Shown here one piece after another: positions 28,898 through 38,519 of a DNA stretch of 64,000 nt. Position 1 is the stretch's first letter. Each line of letters begins with the position of its first letter. The stretch comes from an uncultured Gammaproteobacteria bacterium (lineage in GTDB: Bacteria > Patescibacteriota > Microgenomatia > UBA10105 > UBA927), in assembly GCA_964609895.1 (NCBI GenBank), contig CAZSTG010000002.1, positions 3,362 to 67,361 of the forward strand, given 5' to 3'. The notes under the pieces were generated by a model. It had not been told where the DNA came from and did no database searches. It saw nothing but the letters and a program-made list of their open reading frames with translations. A program made the translations under genes and the position numbers.

Positions 28898-28985
28898 AAT
28901 ATCTTGTCACCACCTTTCTTAGAAACACTTAATAAGTTTTTCGAATTTAGTGTTTCTTATCCGCCTTTGGCGGAAAAAGTTTTTT

Positions 28986-29501
28986 TTACGCTGTTTTCTT
29001 TGCCTTGACACTGTTCAAAGCCCACACCAGTTTGTTCATGTTCCATGACAGAGCATGATGCAGATTGGCAATAGGGGCTTTGAGTTGCCCTGCAAGCTGA
29101 CCAAGTAACACTTCTTTGCCAGGAATGCTCGCAAGCTTGGAAACGTCTTTGTCAGAAAGCACAGTGACTCCGAGAAGTCCTGCTTTTGTTTTGCCGACAT
29201 TTGCCGCTTTGAAGAACTTCAACAGTTCTTTGAGTCCTGAAACTTCATCTTTATAGCTGAATATTGTGGCTGTTGCCTGTTTGAGCACGTCTTTGAGCTG
29301 TGCCGCGTTTTCACCAAGTGCGCGTTCCATGAGTTTGTTTTTGGTCACCATGAATTCCGCGTCAACGAGCCGCATTTTTTTGCGGAGGTCTTCGAGTTGT
29401 TTGTGTTTCAGTCCGATATAATCGGCAAAAATGATGGATTTCGATTTTGCAATCTTATCCGTCATTTCTTGCACTGCATCGATTTTCTTTTGTGTTGCCA
29501 T
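28986..29501 (-). CDS. rplJ: 50S ribosomal protein L10
   Basis: The sequence has L10-like composition and lies between rplA and rplL. Start chosen at MATQKK. Confidence 0.85.
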   Translation of the reverse strand: MATQKKIDAVQEMTDKIAKSKSIIFADYIGLKHKQLEDLRKKMRLVDAEFMVTKNKLMERALGENAAQLKDVLKQATATIFSYKDEVSGLKELLKFFKAANVGKTKAGLLGVTVLSDKDVSKLASIPGKEVLLGQLAGQLKAPIANLHHALSWNMNKLVWALNSVKAKKTA

Positions 29502-29650
29502 ATACATCCTTTCCAAAAAAATATCCCTCAGGTGAGGGATAGAATAGCAGTGTTACTATACTGCCTGTATTCAATCCCTCGGTAGGAATTATGGACATTG
29601 CTGTCCGCCTACTGTCTCAAGGACAATGCTTATTTATACCATGGTGCGCC

Positions 29651-30499
29651 TTAAAGCGCAAGCTTGATGCCTGGTCCCATGGTCGTTGTGATCGTCACTT
29701 TGACGAGTTTGTTTTTGCCCATGGCACTCAGCACCGCCTGAATGTTTTCTGTCAGCTGCTTTTCTTCAAAGGACACTTTGCCGACTGCCATATGGACAAT
29801 CGGGTTGTCTGGTTCGCTTTTGTAGTTGACTTGTCCGTTGGATAATTCTTTCACCCGCTTGTCGATTTCTGTCGTTACTGTGCCGGTTTTCGGATTCGGC
29901 ATGAGGCCTTTTGGTCCCAAAACACGCGCAACTTTGGCAAGTTTCGGCATCATGGACGGGTGTGCAACCAATATATCAAAATTGATTTTTCCCGCCGTTA
30001 TTTCTTCTATGAGTTTGTCGTCTGCTACTGCCACACGTACCTGTTTCCCTGTTCCGTGCGGGAGCGTGACGCTGCCGCGGATGTCTTTTTTGTCTCCCAG
30101 TGTTAACGGGTTGATGTTGATGTGCAGTTCAACAGTGCCGTCAAATTTGGTGACGCTGGTTAACTTGACAAGCTTGAGTGCTTCCGGAAGAGAATAGGAC
30201 TTGTTTTTGTCGACAAGTTTTGCCGCTTCCTGATATTTTTTTCCGTGCTGTCTCGGTCCTGACACTTTCTTTTTTTTGTTTTCTTTTGCATTTTCGCCGT
30301 TTTCAACCTTGTCCATCAGTTCCCGCACTTCCGGTTTGAGCTCATCACCTTCGACGAGAACGGTGCGCTCGCCGCCTTTGAGGTTCACACCTTCGACTTT
30401 GGCTTTTTTGGCTTTTTTGCCTTCGCGCCTCGCGTCAGCTTTCCGTTTTTGTTCTTTTTCTGCCGCTTCATCACCAAGAATAACTTTTCGTACTTTTCC
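29651..30499 (-). CDS. rplA: 50S ribosomal protein L1 with ~80-aa Lys-rich N-terminal extension
   Basis: SVTKFDGTVELHININP...GPKGLMPNPKTGTVT is the L1 core. It is preceded by a KKAKKAK-rich extension. Confidence 0.9.
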   Translation of the reverse strand, partial: GKVRKVILGDEAAEKEQKRKADARREGKKAKKAKVEGVNLKGGERTVLVEGDELKPEVRELMDKVENGENAKENKKKKVSGPRQHGKKYQEAAKLVDKNKSYSLPEALKLVKLTSVTKFDGTVELHININPLTLGDKKDIRGSVTLPHGTGKQVRVAVADDKLIEEITAGKINFDILVAHPSMMPKLAKVARVLGPKGLMPNPKTGTVTTEIDKRVKELSNGQVNYKSEPDNPIVHMAVGKVSFEEKQLTENIQAVLSAMGKNKLVKVTITTTMGPGIKLAL

Positions 30500-30506
30500 C
30501 ATATGA

Positions 30507-30932
30507 TTACTCCGTTTTAATACCCATGCTTCGTGCAGTTCCTGCAACGACTTTCATGGCTGCTTGTACGTCTGTTGTGTTGAGATCCGGTAATTTGTCT
30601 TTGGCAATTTGTTCGACCTGTGCTTTGGTAAGTGTCGCAACGATTTCTCGTCCCGCTTTACCACCTGCTTTGTCAATGCCCAGTGTGCGTTTAATCATGG
30701 CCGCTACCGGTGGAAGCTTGGTGACAAACGTAAATGTGCGGTCTTCAAAGACGGTGATGACTGCAGGAATGATTTGTCCTTTGAGTTTGGCGGTTCGTTC
30801 GTTGTAGGCCTTCACGAATTCCATGATCGGAAGTCCGTGCTGACCAAGAGCAGGACCGACCGGCGGGGCTGCGTTTGCTTCGCCTGCTTTGAGATTCAGT
30901 TTAATAAGTGTTTTGACTTTTTTCGCTGCCAT
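30507..30932 (-). CDS. rplK: 50S ribosomal protein L11
   Basis: [34 protein letters not shown] is the invariant L11 N-domain. Confidence 0.95.
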   Translation of the reverse strand: MAAKKVKTLIKLNLKAGEANAAPPVGPALGQHGLPIMEFVKAYNERTAKLKGQIIPAVITVFEDRTFTFVTKLPPVAAMIKRTLGIDKAGGKAGREIVATLTKAQVEQIAKDKLPDLNTTDVQAAMKVVAGTARSMGIKTE

Positions 30933-31247
30933 ACCAAGTAGTGAAATTTCGACCATTGCCTTTTATGCGGTCAAAATCTCAACATCCTTTCGTTAATGAA
31001 TAATACTCTTCACCCCCAGATTTGTCTAGAATTCGGGCAATGCGGGAACGCATGTCGAAATTCTACTACCTGGTTGGGAAAACTTGGTTTCGAAGGGAAA
31101 TAGAAGAAATATCTATGTTCGGTTCGAAACGGTTTTCGTTTCTCCCTCCATACAAACGTACAGAAGTGAAGAAGAGTATAGCAAATGTGTGTGGGTTCGT
31201 AAAGGGGGAGGATGGGAATGGAAAAAGATGATTCTATTGCGCCGAAG

Positions 31248-31268
31248 TGATATAATTATAGGCTGTTA
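31248..31268 (+). promoter_or_regulatory. Extended -10 promoter module gTGaTATAATtataggctgtt (copy 1)
   Basis: A TGnTATAAT extended -10 sits roughly 130 bp upstream of CDS 31395. An identical 21-mer recurs at 32228. Confidence 0.5.
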
Positions 31269-31394
31269 TAAGAGGTTTGACTATTGGATACGTGAAAGGG
31301 AGGGAAATTGCACATTTCCAAGTGAATATACGTTCGAAGAAGCTTTGTTTCTACCGTCGGGTACCATTTCATATTCAAAAAAGAGAGGAATAGA

Positions 31395-32024
31395 ATGAGT
31401 GCAGCATGGGATATGACGAAAGAGATCGAGCGTAGTAGACAGTCGGTAACATTAAAACAAAGGCAATTGCTTTACAAAACGGAGCTAAAAAAGCTGTTCG
31501 AGGATCAAAGAAAAAAACTTATCCAATTTGATATTGATTTTCTTAATGCCAAAACGAAGAAATTGGATACAGGGCTTTCATCTATCAAGCAGCAGCTGGT
31601 AAAAGCAGGCTTTCAAGTGACGTTGACAGTTGAAATAAATCCATTATTGGCGAATATCGAAAAAATAGAACGGATAGAATATCCAGGTGAACCTGCAGAT
31701 TACGATGATGACCGTCATAAATGCTATATGTTTTATGAAGACCCGAGTAAGAAACGCTCCCGAGTTTTGAACTTAACAAGAAAATGGGTGTTGAATATCG
31801 TCAATGCTGCGGGGGATAGTAAATCAATTGCGATTTTTGCAATCATGGCTTTCTATCACGAAGAAGATTGCAAAGACCTGCAAGAGTCAGCTTACTATTC
31901 GGATCCAAAAGTATATATGAGTTTTCCCAGACGTATTGTATATACGACCGAGCGCGGAGGGAAATATTCGTTAACTACAGAGGATGTTGAAGTCATCAGA
32001 AGTGAGGTTGCGGAGTTTATTTAG
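31395..32024 (+). CDS. Hypothetical protein (island gene A)
   Basis: 209-aa ORF with an RBS-like gagaggaa upstream. No motif recognised. Confidence 0.5.
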   Translation: MSAAWDMTKEIERSRQSVTLKQRQLLYKTELKKLFEDQRKKLIQFDIDFLNAKTKKLDTGLSSIKQQLVKAGFQVTLTVEINPLLANIEKIERIEYPGEPADYDDDRHKCYMFYEDPSKKRSRVLNLTRKWVLNIVNAAGDSKSIAIFAIMAFYHEEDCKDLQESAYYSDPKVYMSFPRRIVYTTERGGKYSLTTEDVEVIRSEVAEFI

Positions 32025-32227
32025 CTGATTAGATCTTCGAACGCGAAGAGTGAATGAGAGAGAAAATCAGGCCGTTCATCCACAACGCGGATGGAATTCT
32101 CTTGTTTGTTTTCCCTCATTTATATCATGGGCTTGCTCACTGATTGCGTGTACCCACACGTATATGCAGCATATGCATAGATAACCAGTGAGTGTTTTTT
32201 TGGGAAAATAGGAGCATTTGATGCTCC

Positions 32228-32248
32228 GTGATATAATTATAGGCTGTT
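32228..32248 (+). promoter_or_regulatory. Extended -10 promoter module (copy 2)
   Basis: This 21-mer is identical to the one at 31248 and lies upstream of CDS 32415. Confidence 0.5.
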
Positions 32249-32414
32249 TTCGGAGATTAAGCCACGGGAAGAATTAGGGAGAGGAGTTGCACATTCACAT
32301 ACATGTTCGAAATGAAGGAAATACGTCAACCATATGTTGACATATATCACGTTCACTGTTTTTTGCCGGTCGATGGAACTATCGACTAACCTGTATCTTG
32401 CCAAAGGAGAAGAA

Positions 32415-33116
32415 ATGAACGCAAAAGGAAAGAGCGGTTGGAATCTTGGTACGGCAATTGCCGAAGTAACAACGGCAAAACATACTGTCGATACACGACG
32501 TCATGCGCTAGACGCTTGCGGCGAGTACGAACGACAGCTTGTTCAGGCAGCGTCTGTTGTCAATGGTGAAGGTCGACCCATTGCTGAAGCAGATATGAGT
32601 ATGCTCACCGGTTCGTTCATCCTTGAATGTACGAAAGCAATACAAGCATTCGTCCGAGAGATGCGCCGCAATGGGCTGCCTGCGTCTATGGAGTTTCAAC
32701 CGGTGCAAAGACGGGAAAATGAGGTAACAAATCAGCGTCGTGCGCGAAGCTTTGCGGGTGATCACCGTCCGCCGTATCTATTGGTGACATTTGCCAAGGA
32801 CAATCCGGTGCTTGAAGATACGCTTAGTTATTTTTTACTTACGCCATCCGTTGGGTGGTTGATCACTGTCCGTATCGGGGGTATGAGGAAAAAGTTTGCA
32901 TTGCATGCAACTGTTGGTTTTCCATACCCTGAATCATTTGCGGGTGACCTGAGTGCTCATATCCCTCAAGATGCAGACGAAAATAAGCGATATCAAGCAT
33001 TTCCACGCTCCATTGTGTTTTTCTTTGGGGATCCTTGGAATCAACAGTATACGGATTCCCTTGAGGGCATAGAGCCATGGCTACGACATTGGTTGAATGA
33101 AATAACACCGATATAA
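32415..33116 (+). CDS. Hypothetical protein (island gene B)
   Basis: ORF with a GGAGAAGAA RBS before MNAKGKSGW. No motif recognised. Confidence 0.5.
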   Translation: MNAKGKSGWNLGTAIAEVTTAKHTVDTRRHALDACGEYERQLVQAASVVNGEGRPIAEADMSMLTGSFILECTKAIQAFVREMRRNGLPASMEFQPVQRRENEVTNQRRARSFAGDHRPPYLLVTFAKDNPVLEDTLSYFLLTPSVGWLITVRIGGMRKKFALHATVGFPYPESFAGDLSAHIPQDADENKRYQAFPRSIVFFFGDPWNQQYTDSLEGIEPWLRHWLNEITPI

Positions 33117-33351
33117 GATTTTGAACATGAATAAACGGAAAGAAATTCCTTATAAGGAATGCATAATACTTGCATTGTTGGTGTTCCTTTGCGAATTTTT
33201 TCTTTTCGTCAATTTTTGACCCCCGCCAAGGTATTGGTACTTTTTGGTGGGGGTTTTGTTTTGGAAAAAATAGGGAAAAGAGAAAAATTTCTGTCGGTTT
33301 TAGCACAAAGGGTTCAACCGACAGACGGTAATGGTAAAAACGTAGAATTCG

Positions 33352-33885
33352 CTATCCACCGATTTCATTGAGTAATCCAATGCATGCGGTGAATAACCGG
33401 TCTTTTGATGCGTGCGCAGGTGTCTGTCTCATGATGTTTGCCAGTGTTTCCGATGCAAGTTCAATTTCCGACAGCGGGCGGGTGACTGTGGAATGCATCA
33501 AAAACAACCGGAGTTGTATAAGCCGTTCTTCGAGCGGAATGGTGTCAGTTGTGACAAACTTCGGAAGGGTTTGTTCCAGAATGAAACAGACTGCGTTGGT
33601 ATAGCGTATTTTATCGCTTCGTTGTATGGTAAAACCCGGTAATTGATGCAGCAATCGGTTTCTTGGGTCGCTTGTGTTTTTTTCGTCAAGGTGCTTGGCT
33701 GATGGTGACAACAGAATCGTATCGATCGCAAAAACCGCGCCTTGCATGGGTAAGAGTTTTGCGCAGACGATAAGCTCCCGTGTGAGTTTTTGGTCAAGCT
33801 CCCTTTCTTTATGTGTGACTTCGTAATGCACACATGAGAGTAACTCGTACAACTGATTAAGTGACAGTATCATGAATTCCTCCAT
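33352..33885 (-). CDS. Hypothetical protein (island gene C)
   Basis: 177-aa ORF only. Confidence 0.45.
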   Translation of the reverse strand: MEEFMILSLNQLYELLSCVHYEVTHKERELDQKLTRELIVCAKLLPMQGAVFAIDTILLSPSAKHLDEKNTSDPRNRLLHQLPGFTIQRSDKIRYTNAVCFILEQTLPKFVTTDTIPLEERLIQLRLFLMHSTVTRPLSEIELASETLANIMRQTPAHASKDRLFTACIGLLNEIGG

Positions 33886-34118
33886 ATATTTTGATTAAGA
33901 ATGATCTGACGGGCAGATAATGCAAATAGGTGTGCGTTGACAATACTTGCACATAACTGCCTGCCAGATGCCCTTGGAGGATTGAATATCTACGTTTTGT
34001 TAAAGAGCGCATCTATCACCCTAAATATGACAATCGGCAAGCAAAATATGCCGTCAGGGTGCGATGATACCTGTATTATAGTGCTGCGTAGAAGAAAGTC
34101 AAAAATAGCCTATAATAC

Positions 34119-34147
34119 TTGACAAATCAGGATAAATGGCCTATAAT
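34119..34147 (+). promoter_or_regulatory. Perfect sigma70-type promoter TTGACA-17 nt-TATAAT
   Basis: ttgaca(34119-34124), a 17-nt spacer, then tataat(34142-34147). Confidence 0.6.
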
Positions 34148-34186
34148 ATGCTTCTTAGTGTTTTGCCTGCCGGTGAGATATGAAAA

Positions 34187-34209
34187 GCGCCGTCAGCGGC
34201 GCTTTTTTT
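34187..34209 (+). terminator. Rho-independent terminator GCGCCG-tca-GCGGCGC + T7, ~35-50 nt downstream of the consensus promoter
   Basis: A GC-rich hairpin is followed by TTTTTTT. Confidence 0.6.
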
Positions 34210-34387
34210 GTGCCTCAGGCATGGCTGAAACATATCTAGCGAAGCTAGATGCTCTTTACCAACCAGGTGAGAAGTATATTTTTGGTTTTAGGCAACATAC
34301 CGGCATGGGAATGATGTCTGTCGTTCTTGTACTGGTATGTTGTTTCAAAAAACTAAAAAAATAATTCATGAATTGGAGAAGAAAAAA

Positions 34388-34588
34388 ATGTTAAAAGGAT
34401 GTGTTGTCATCGTTGTTCTGCTTGTGATTCTTGCGATCATCAGTTGTTGTTGTGTCTTGCCAGTAGCGTTTGCATTGGGATGTGATCCAGATTTACCGGG
34501 ATCTACTGACAAGAACTGTTCTGTTGAGGGGGGATTTACTGGAATGTTTCGATTTGGAATCAATTCGATTTCTAGCGCAAATCCGTAG
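34388..34588 (+). CDS. Small hydrophobic Cys-rich membrane peptide (hypothetical)
   Basis: The ggagaag RBS precedes MLKGCVVIVVLLVILAIISCCCVLPVAFALGC. Confidence 0.35.
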   Translation: MLKGCVVIVVLLVILAIISCCCVLPVAFALGCDPDLPGSTDKNCSVEGGFTGMFRFGINSISSANP

Positions 34589-34615
34589 ACAGCCCTCCCC
34601 AGCTGTTTTTTTAAA

Positions 34616-34650
34616 AAAGAGTCTGCCGATTGCTGACAGACTCTTTTGAT
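34616..34650. terminator. Bidirectional terminator (agagtctgccgattgctgacagactct with flanking T/A runs) serving nusG on minus strand
   Basis: A 10-bp stem has T-runs on both strands. Confidence 0.6.
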
Positions 34651-34760
34651 CTTTTATTGGATCACATTTTTTAGTATTTTCTGTTTCTCTTTTCACCTGG
34701 TTGTCTTTTTTCCACTACAACCACTTCCGTAATTTTTCCAGAAAAAATCCTGATTGAAGT

Positions 34761-35510
34761 TTACAGTTTTGCAACCTGCAAGAAATCGAGTTCCACCGGT
34801 GTTTCCCGTCCGAAGATGGAAACAAGGACTTTAACTTTACCTTTTTCTTCATCCAGTGAATCGACCGTTCCCAAAAAGTCCGAGAACGGGCCGTCGGTAA
34901 TCTTGACCGCTTCACCGACGGAGAAGCTTGTTTTGTATTTCGGAGCTTCCAATGCCATAAATTTCATGATTGCCGCGACTTCGGGTGCACTGATGGGGGT
35001 CGGTTTGTCTCCTGTTCCCACGAACGCAGTCACTCCCTGAGTGGTTCTGACCGCGAGCCACGAGATGTCGTCTAAGATCATGCGAACCAAAATATACCCC
35101 GGAAAAATCTTTTCCTTTTGTTCTTCTTTTTTGCCGTGTTTAACCGTAACGATATTCCGTGTCGGCACGATGATGTCAAAAATCTGATCCTTGAGTTTCA
35201 TCGTATCAATGCGTTGTTTCAATGTTGTTGCGACCTTGTTTTCATGTCCTGAATAGGTATGGACGACATACCATTTTGCATTTTCCGGTACATCGGTTCG
35301 GAGTACGACCTGCGGTTCTTCTTTGGTGATATCAAGTTTTTTTGTGGCTGCTTTTTTGGAGTCAACAACGGGTTTTGCCTCTTCTTTTTTCTCTTCTACC
35401 ATAGGGGTGGCTTCCATAACTGGGGCTTCTGTAACAGGTGTTTCTTCCACAGGAGTATTTTCATTTGTCATTGGCAATTTATCATTTAGCATTGCGTTTG
35501 TGTCATCCAT
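34761..35510 (-). CDS. nusG: Transcription antitermination factor NusG with ~70-aa acidic/Pro-rich N-terminal extension
   Basis: WYVVHTYSGHENKV is the NGN domain. The C-terminal KOW domain reads FSVGEAVKITDGPFSDFLGTV. Confidence 0.9.
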   Translation of the reverse strand: MDDTNAMLNDKLPMTNENTPVEETPVTEAPVMEATPMVEEKKEEAKPVVDSKKAATKKLDITKEEPQVVLRTDVPENAKWYVVHTYSGHENKVATTLKQRIDTMKLKDQIFDIIVPTRNIVTVKHGKKEEQKEKIFPGYILVRMILDDISWLAVRTTQGVTAFVGTGDKPTPISAPEVAAIMKFMALEAPKYKTSFSVGEAVKITDGPFSDFLGTVDSLDEEKGKVKVLVSIFGRETPVELDFLQVAKL

Positions 35511-35512
35511 AA

Positions 35513-35722
35513 TTATCTCCTAAAAATAAGAGCGGTTATACGTAAAAATGTGCTGTCTAAGATACCGATGAACACTCCGACAATGACGGATATCACAATG
35601 ACAACCACAGTCAGTTTCAGTGTTTCGGCTCTTGTCGGCCACGTTACCTTTTTAAGTTCTGCCATCACTTCACGAACAAATTGTCTTGGTGACGGTAGTT
35701 TGGAAACTGCAGGATTTTCCAT
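35513..35722 (-). CDS. secE: Preprotein translocase subunit SecE
   Basis: FVREVMAELKKVTWPTRAETLKLTVVVIVISVIVGVFIG is the typical SecE single-TM pattern. The gene lies directly upstream of nusG. Confidence 0.85.
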   Translation of the reverse strand: MENPAVSKLPSPRQFVREVMAELKKVTWPTRAETLKLTVVVIVISVIVGVFIGILDSTFLRITALIFRR

Positions 35723-35823
35723 ATTTTTCCCTAACTAAAGACCCCTCCCGGGGTCACTGGTAACGATCATAACAAAAACAGCGTTGTTTGTAAAGTACAG
35801 TGGACAGGTCATTGGCATATATG

Positions 35824-37542
35824 TCAGTCAAAAGGACTGCCATTCGGATCTTTTGCCTTACAGTCGTCGACAAATAACTGTGATGTGCGGCCGACAGGGG
35901 AACAGCCTGATGCGGACACGTTGCCGCGGGCGACAACTTCCTGATACGTTCCCCTGATGTTGCTTGGAAAGCATCGGTTGTCGTTTTTTCCCTGATCAAG
36001 TGCGAATGTTGTACACCCCACTCCTCCCGCTGCGTATGAGCATAACAGATCATAGGTAGAATTACGTACGGGATAATGATAGATGCACAGCAGTTGTTCA
36101 CATACAGTACTGTTTCTTCCGACACCAACTCCTTTTTCAACGTCGAATGTACATCCCATCGGCTGCGCGCCGATCGCTCCCGCCGCAGTTTCTTCTATCC
36201 AAAGCGCAACAAGATAGGATGGATTCCATCCCATTTTCACGGCCCATTCCTCAATGGTTTTGTAATAGGCAAGGACATTTTCTTTCGCCTGTTGTTCTTC
36301 AGGTCGTCCTTTAATCCATTGAGCGGCAAAATCAGCAACCGCTTCCACGTTTTGAATGGTGCAGCTAGTAGTATGCATCGGGATACTGAATCCCAGAACA
36401 CTGTCATTGGAAGATCCGAATCCGCTATATTTGGATGGGTCGAGTGTTACACCTTCAAATGTTGCGTCGCACGATTGTGATTCAGGTGTCGCGGTCGGGA
36501 CGTCCTGTTTGCATTTGTCGGATAATCCGTATTTGTCTCTGAGAGCCTTGGGAAGGATTGCACATTTCATGTAATTGGTGGCATCTTCCACTGCCTTGGT
36601 GCCCAGTGTGTGTGTTTTAATGGTCTGATTATTGCTGAATGCATTGTCTTGTTCACCGCTGGTTTCGTCTCCTGTGATGGTATGTGAGATATGCGCATAT
36701 GTTTCCACGACGCCGCCTGCTTCCTTTACCCGTTTCTGTTCCTCTTCGTTTTTGAGATACGACAGATCACCACCCGCTGCGCAGCCGGTAATCAGACAGT
36801 CCATGCTTTCCGCATAGGGAGTAAGCTGTCTGGATGCAAGTGTTGCCTTGACAACACCTCCGGTTCCGAAAATGCTTTTGAACAACTCAAGCAGTCCGCC
36901 GGTGTTAAAAAATCCTCCCGTTGTTTTGACTGTTTTTGTCTCCTGTGTGTCACCTGTATCCGTTTCATCGCAGAGCGGTGCACGCGCAAGCTCCAGAGGT
37001 TCACGATCTGTGTTGTAATTGTAGTCTCCGTCTACCGGCGAAATGGAATATCTGCTGGTAATTGCAGCGGCAAAGCGCGATGCCTGATCAAGTGTGGAGA
37101 GTTCCGGAATGATTTCTGTTGTATATGCTTGTTTGCTTTCCTGTTCGACAATACGGTTGTTTTCGTTTGTTTTACAATAGCGGGCGCGCCCCGAAATATA
37201 CAGGTTTTTTTCCTGATCAATTGTTTTTTCTTTGATGACATAAGGGGTGAGAAACCGTACGCCGCTCGCAAAAAAATTGGCAATGGTTTCCAGTTTTGGC
37301 ACATTGAAATCCGCGCCCGTCGTCAGATTGACGTCTTTGATGGTTATGGTTACGGAAGGTGCTGTCCCGCCGATGGAAAACGGCACGGAGTTATCAAGCA
37401 GTTCATTGAGCGCTCCTCCTGTTTCGATCTGCCGGACTGCAGGGGAGGTAGGGATCGGGGTTGTTGTTTGTGCGCACGCCTGCTGTTCAGGTATAACGCT
37501 CAGAAAAAAAAGGACAGCGACGGCACAAAAAAACCGTTTCAT
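35824..37542 (-). CDS. Large secreted Cys-rich hypothetical protein
   Basis: Start chosen at MKRFFCAVAVLFFLSVIPEQQACA (signal peptide). Upstream in-frame residues overlap galU on the other strand. More than 20 Cys residues are present. Confidence 0.6.
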   Translation of the reverse strand: MKRFFCAVAVLFFLSVIPEQQACAQTTTPIPTSPAVRQIETGGALNELLDNSVPFSIGGTAPSVTITIKDVNLTTGADFNVPKLETIANFFASGVRFLTPYVIKEKTIDQEKNLYISGRARYCKTNENNRIVEQESKQAYTTEIIPELSTLDQASRFAAAITSRYSISPVDGDYNYNTDREPLELARAPLCDETDTGDTQETKTVKTTGGFFNTGGLLELFKSIFGTGGVVKATLASRQLTPYAESMDCLITGCAAGGDLSYLKNEEEQKRVKEAGGVVETYAHISHTITGDETSGEQDNAFSNNQTIKTHTLGTKAVEDATNYMKCAILPKALRDKYGLSDKCKQDVPTATPESQSCDATFEGVTLDPSKYSGFGSSNDSVLGFSIPMHTTSCTIQNVEAVADFAAQWIKGRPEEQQAKENVLAYYKTIEEWAVKMGWNPSYLVALWIEETAAGAIGAQPMGCTFDVEKGVGVGRNSTVCEQLLCIYHYPVRNSTYDLLCSYAAGGVGCTTFALDQGKNDNRCFPSNIRGTYQEVVARGNVSASGCSPVGRTSQLFVDDCKAKDPNGSPFD

Positions 37543-37635
37543 AAATCTTGGTTTATCATAACAAATTGACATTCTGTTTGCACGACGGATACAATTGAGG
37601 AACGATTGAAATATCTGCAAGGAGGAGGGCAGTGT

Positions 37636-38514
37636 ATGGAACCACGAAAACCGATTCGAAAAGCAATTATTCCCGCAGCCGGATTCGGCACGAGGTTTTT
37701 GCCGCAGACCAAAGCCATGCCGAAGGAAATGCTGCCGATTGTCGATAAACCGGTGATTCAATATGTTGTCGAGGAACTGGTGGAGTCCGGTATTACGGAA
37801 ATTATCATTGTCACGGGGTGGCACAAACGCGCAATCGAAGATCATTTTGATTATCCCAATGAGCTGATCCAGACGCTCAAAGATCAGGGAAAAGAGCAAA
37901 TGATTGAGGCGGTTAAACGGCCGGCGGAACTTGCCAACTTTGTGTATATCCGGCAAAAAGGGCCGTATGGTAACGGAACGCCGGTACTTTGTGCAAAAGA
38001 CGTCATCGGCGATGAGCCGTTTGTCGTGATTTGGGGAGATGAGTTTATTTACAGCCGTCCCGCGCGTGCAAAGCAGTGTCTGGACGTGTTCGCAAAATAC
38101 GGTGACCCCGTCATTTCCGCAATTCGTGTGCCGAAAGAAGATGTTTCCAGATACGGTATCGTGGAAACGGTGGATGTTGAAAAAAACGTCGGACAGATCA
38201 AACGGTTGATTGAAAAACCATCCATTGCAGAAGCACCGTCCAATTTAGCGGCGCACGGGTGTTATGTGTTGACCCCTGATATTTTTCCGATTCTTGAACA
38301 TGTCAAGCCGGGGAAAAGCGGAGAGATTTGGCTGACTGACGCGATACGGGAACTGATGAAGACGCGGCCTGTATATGCCTGCGAAGTGCAGAATGCGAAA
38401 TATTATGACACGGGAAATAAACTGGAATATCTGAAAACCGTTGTGGAATTCGCGCTCAGTCATAAGGATTTGAACGGAGATTTCCGTGATTATCTGAAGT
38501 CATTGAAATTATAA
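37636..38514 (+). CDS. galU: UTP--glucose-1-phosphate uridylyltransferase
   Basis: KAIIPAAGFGTRFLPQTKAMPKEMLPIVDKPVIQYVVEE is the GalU N-terminal signature. Confidence 0.9.
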   Translation: MEPRKPIRKAIIPAAGFGTRFLPQTKAMPKEMLPIVDKPVIQYVVEELVESGITEIIIVTGWHKRAIEDHFDYPNELIQTLKDQGKEQMIEAVKRPAELANFVYIRQKGPYGNGTPVLCAKDVIGDEPFVVIWGDEFIYSRPARAKQCLDVFAKYGDPVISAIRVPKEDVSRYGIVETVDVEKNVGQIKRLIEKPSIAEAPSNLAAHGCYVLTPDIFPILEHVKPGKSGEIWLTDAIRELMKTRPVYACEVQNAKYYDTGNKLEYLKTVVEFALSHKDLNGDFRDYLKSLKL

Positions 38515-38519
38515 CCGAC

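Noticed and set aside
28323-28922. 199-aa plus-strand ORF overlapping rplL
   Set aside because: It is antisense to ribosomal protein L7/L12 and the Ala/Ser-rich translation mirrors the Ala-rich L12 hinge.
36691-37569. 292-aa plus-strand ORF
   Set aside because: It is antisense to the secreted Cys-rich protein gene, which has a clear signal peptide, and it has Cys/Phe-rich shadow-frame composition.
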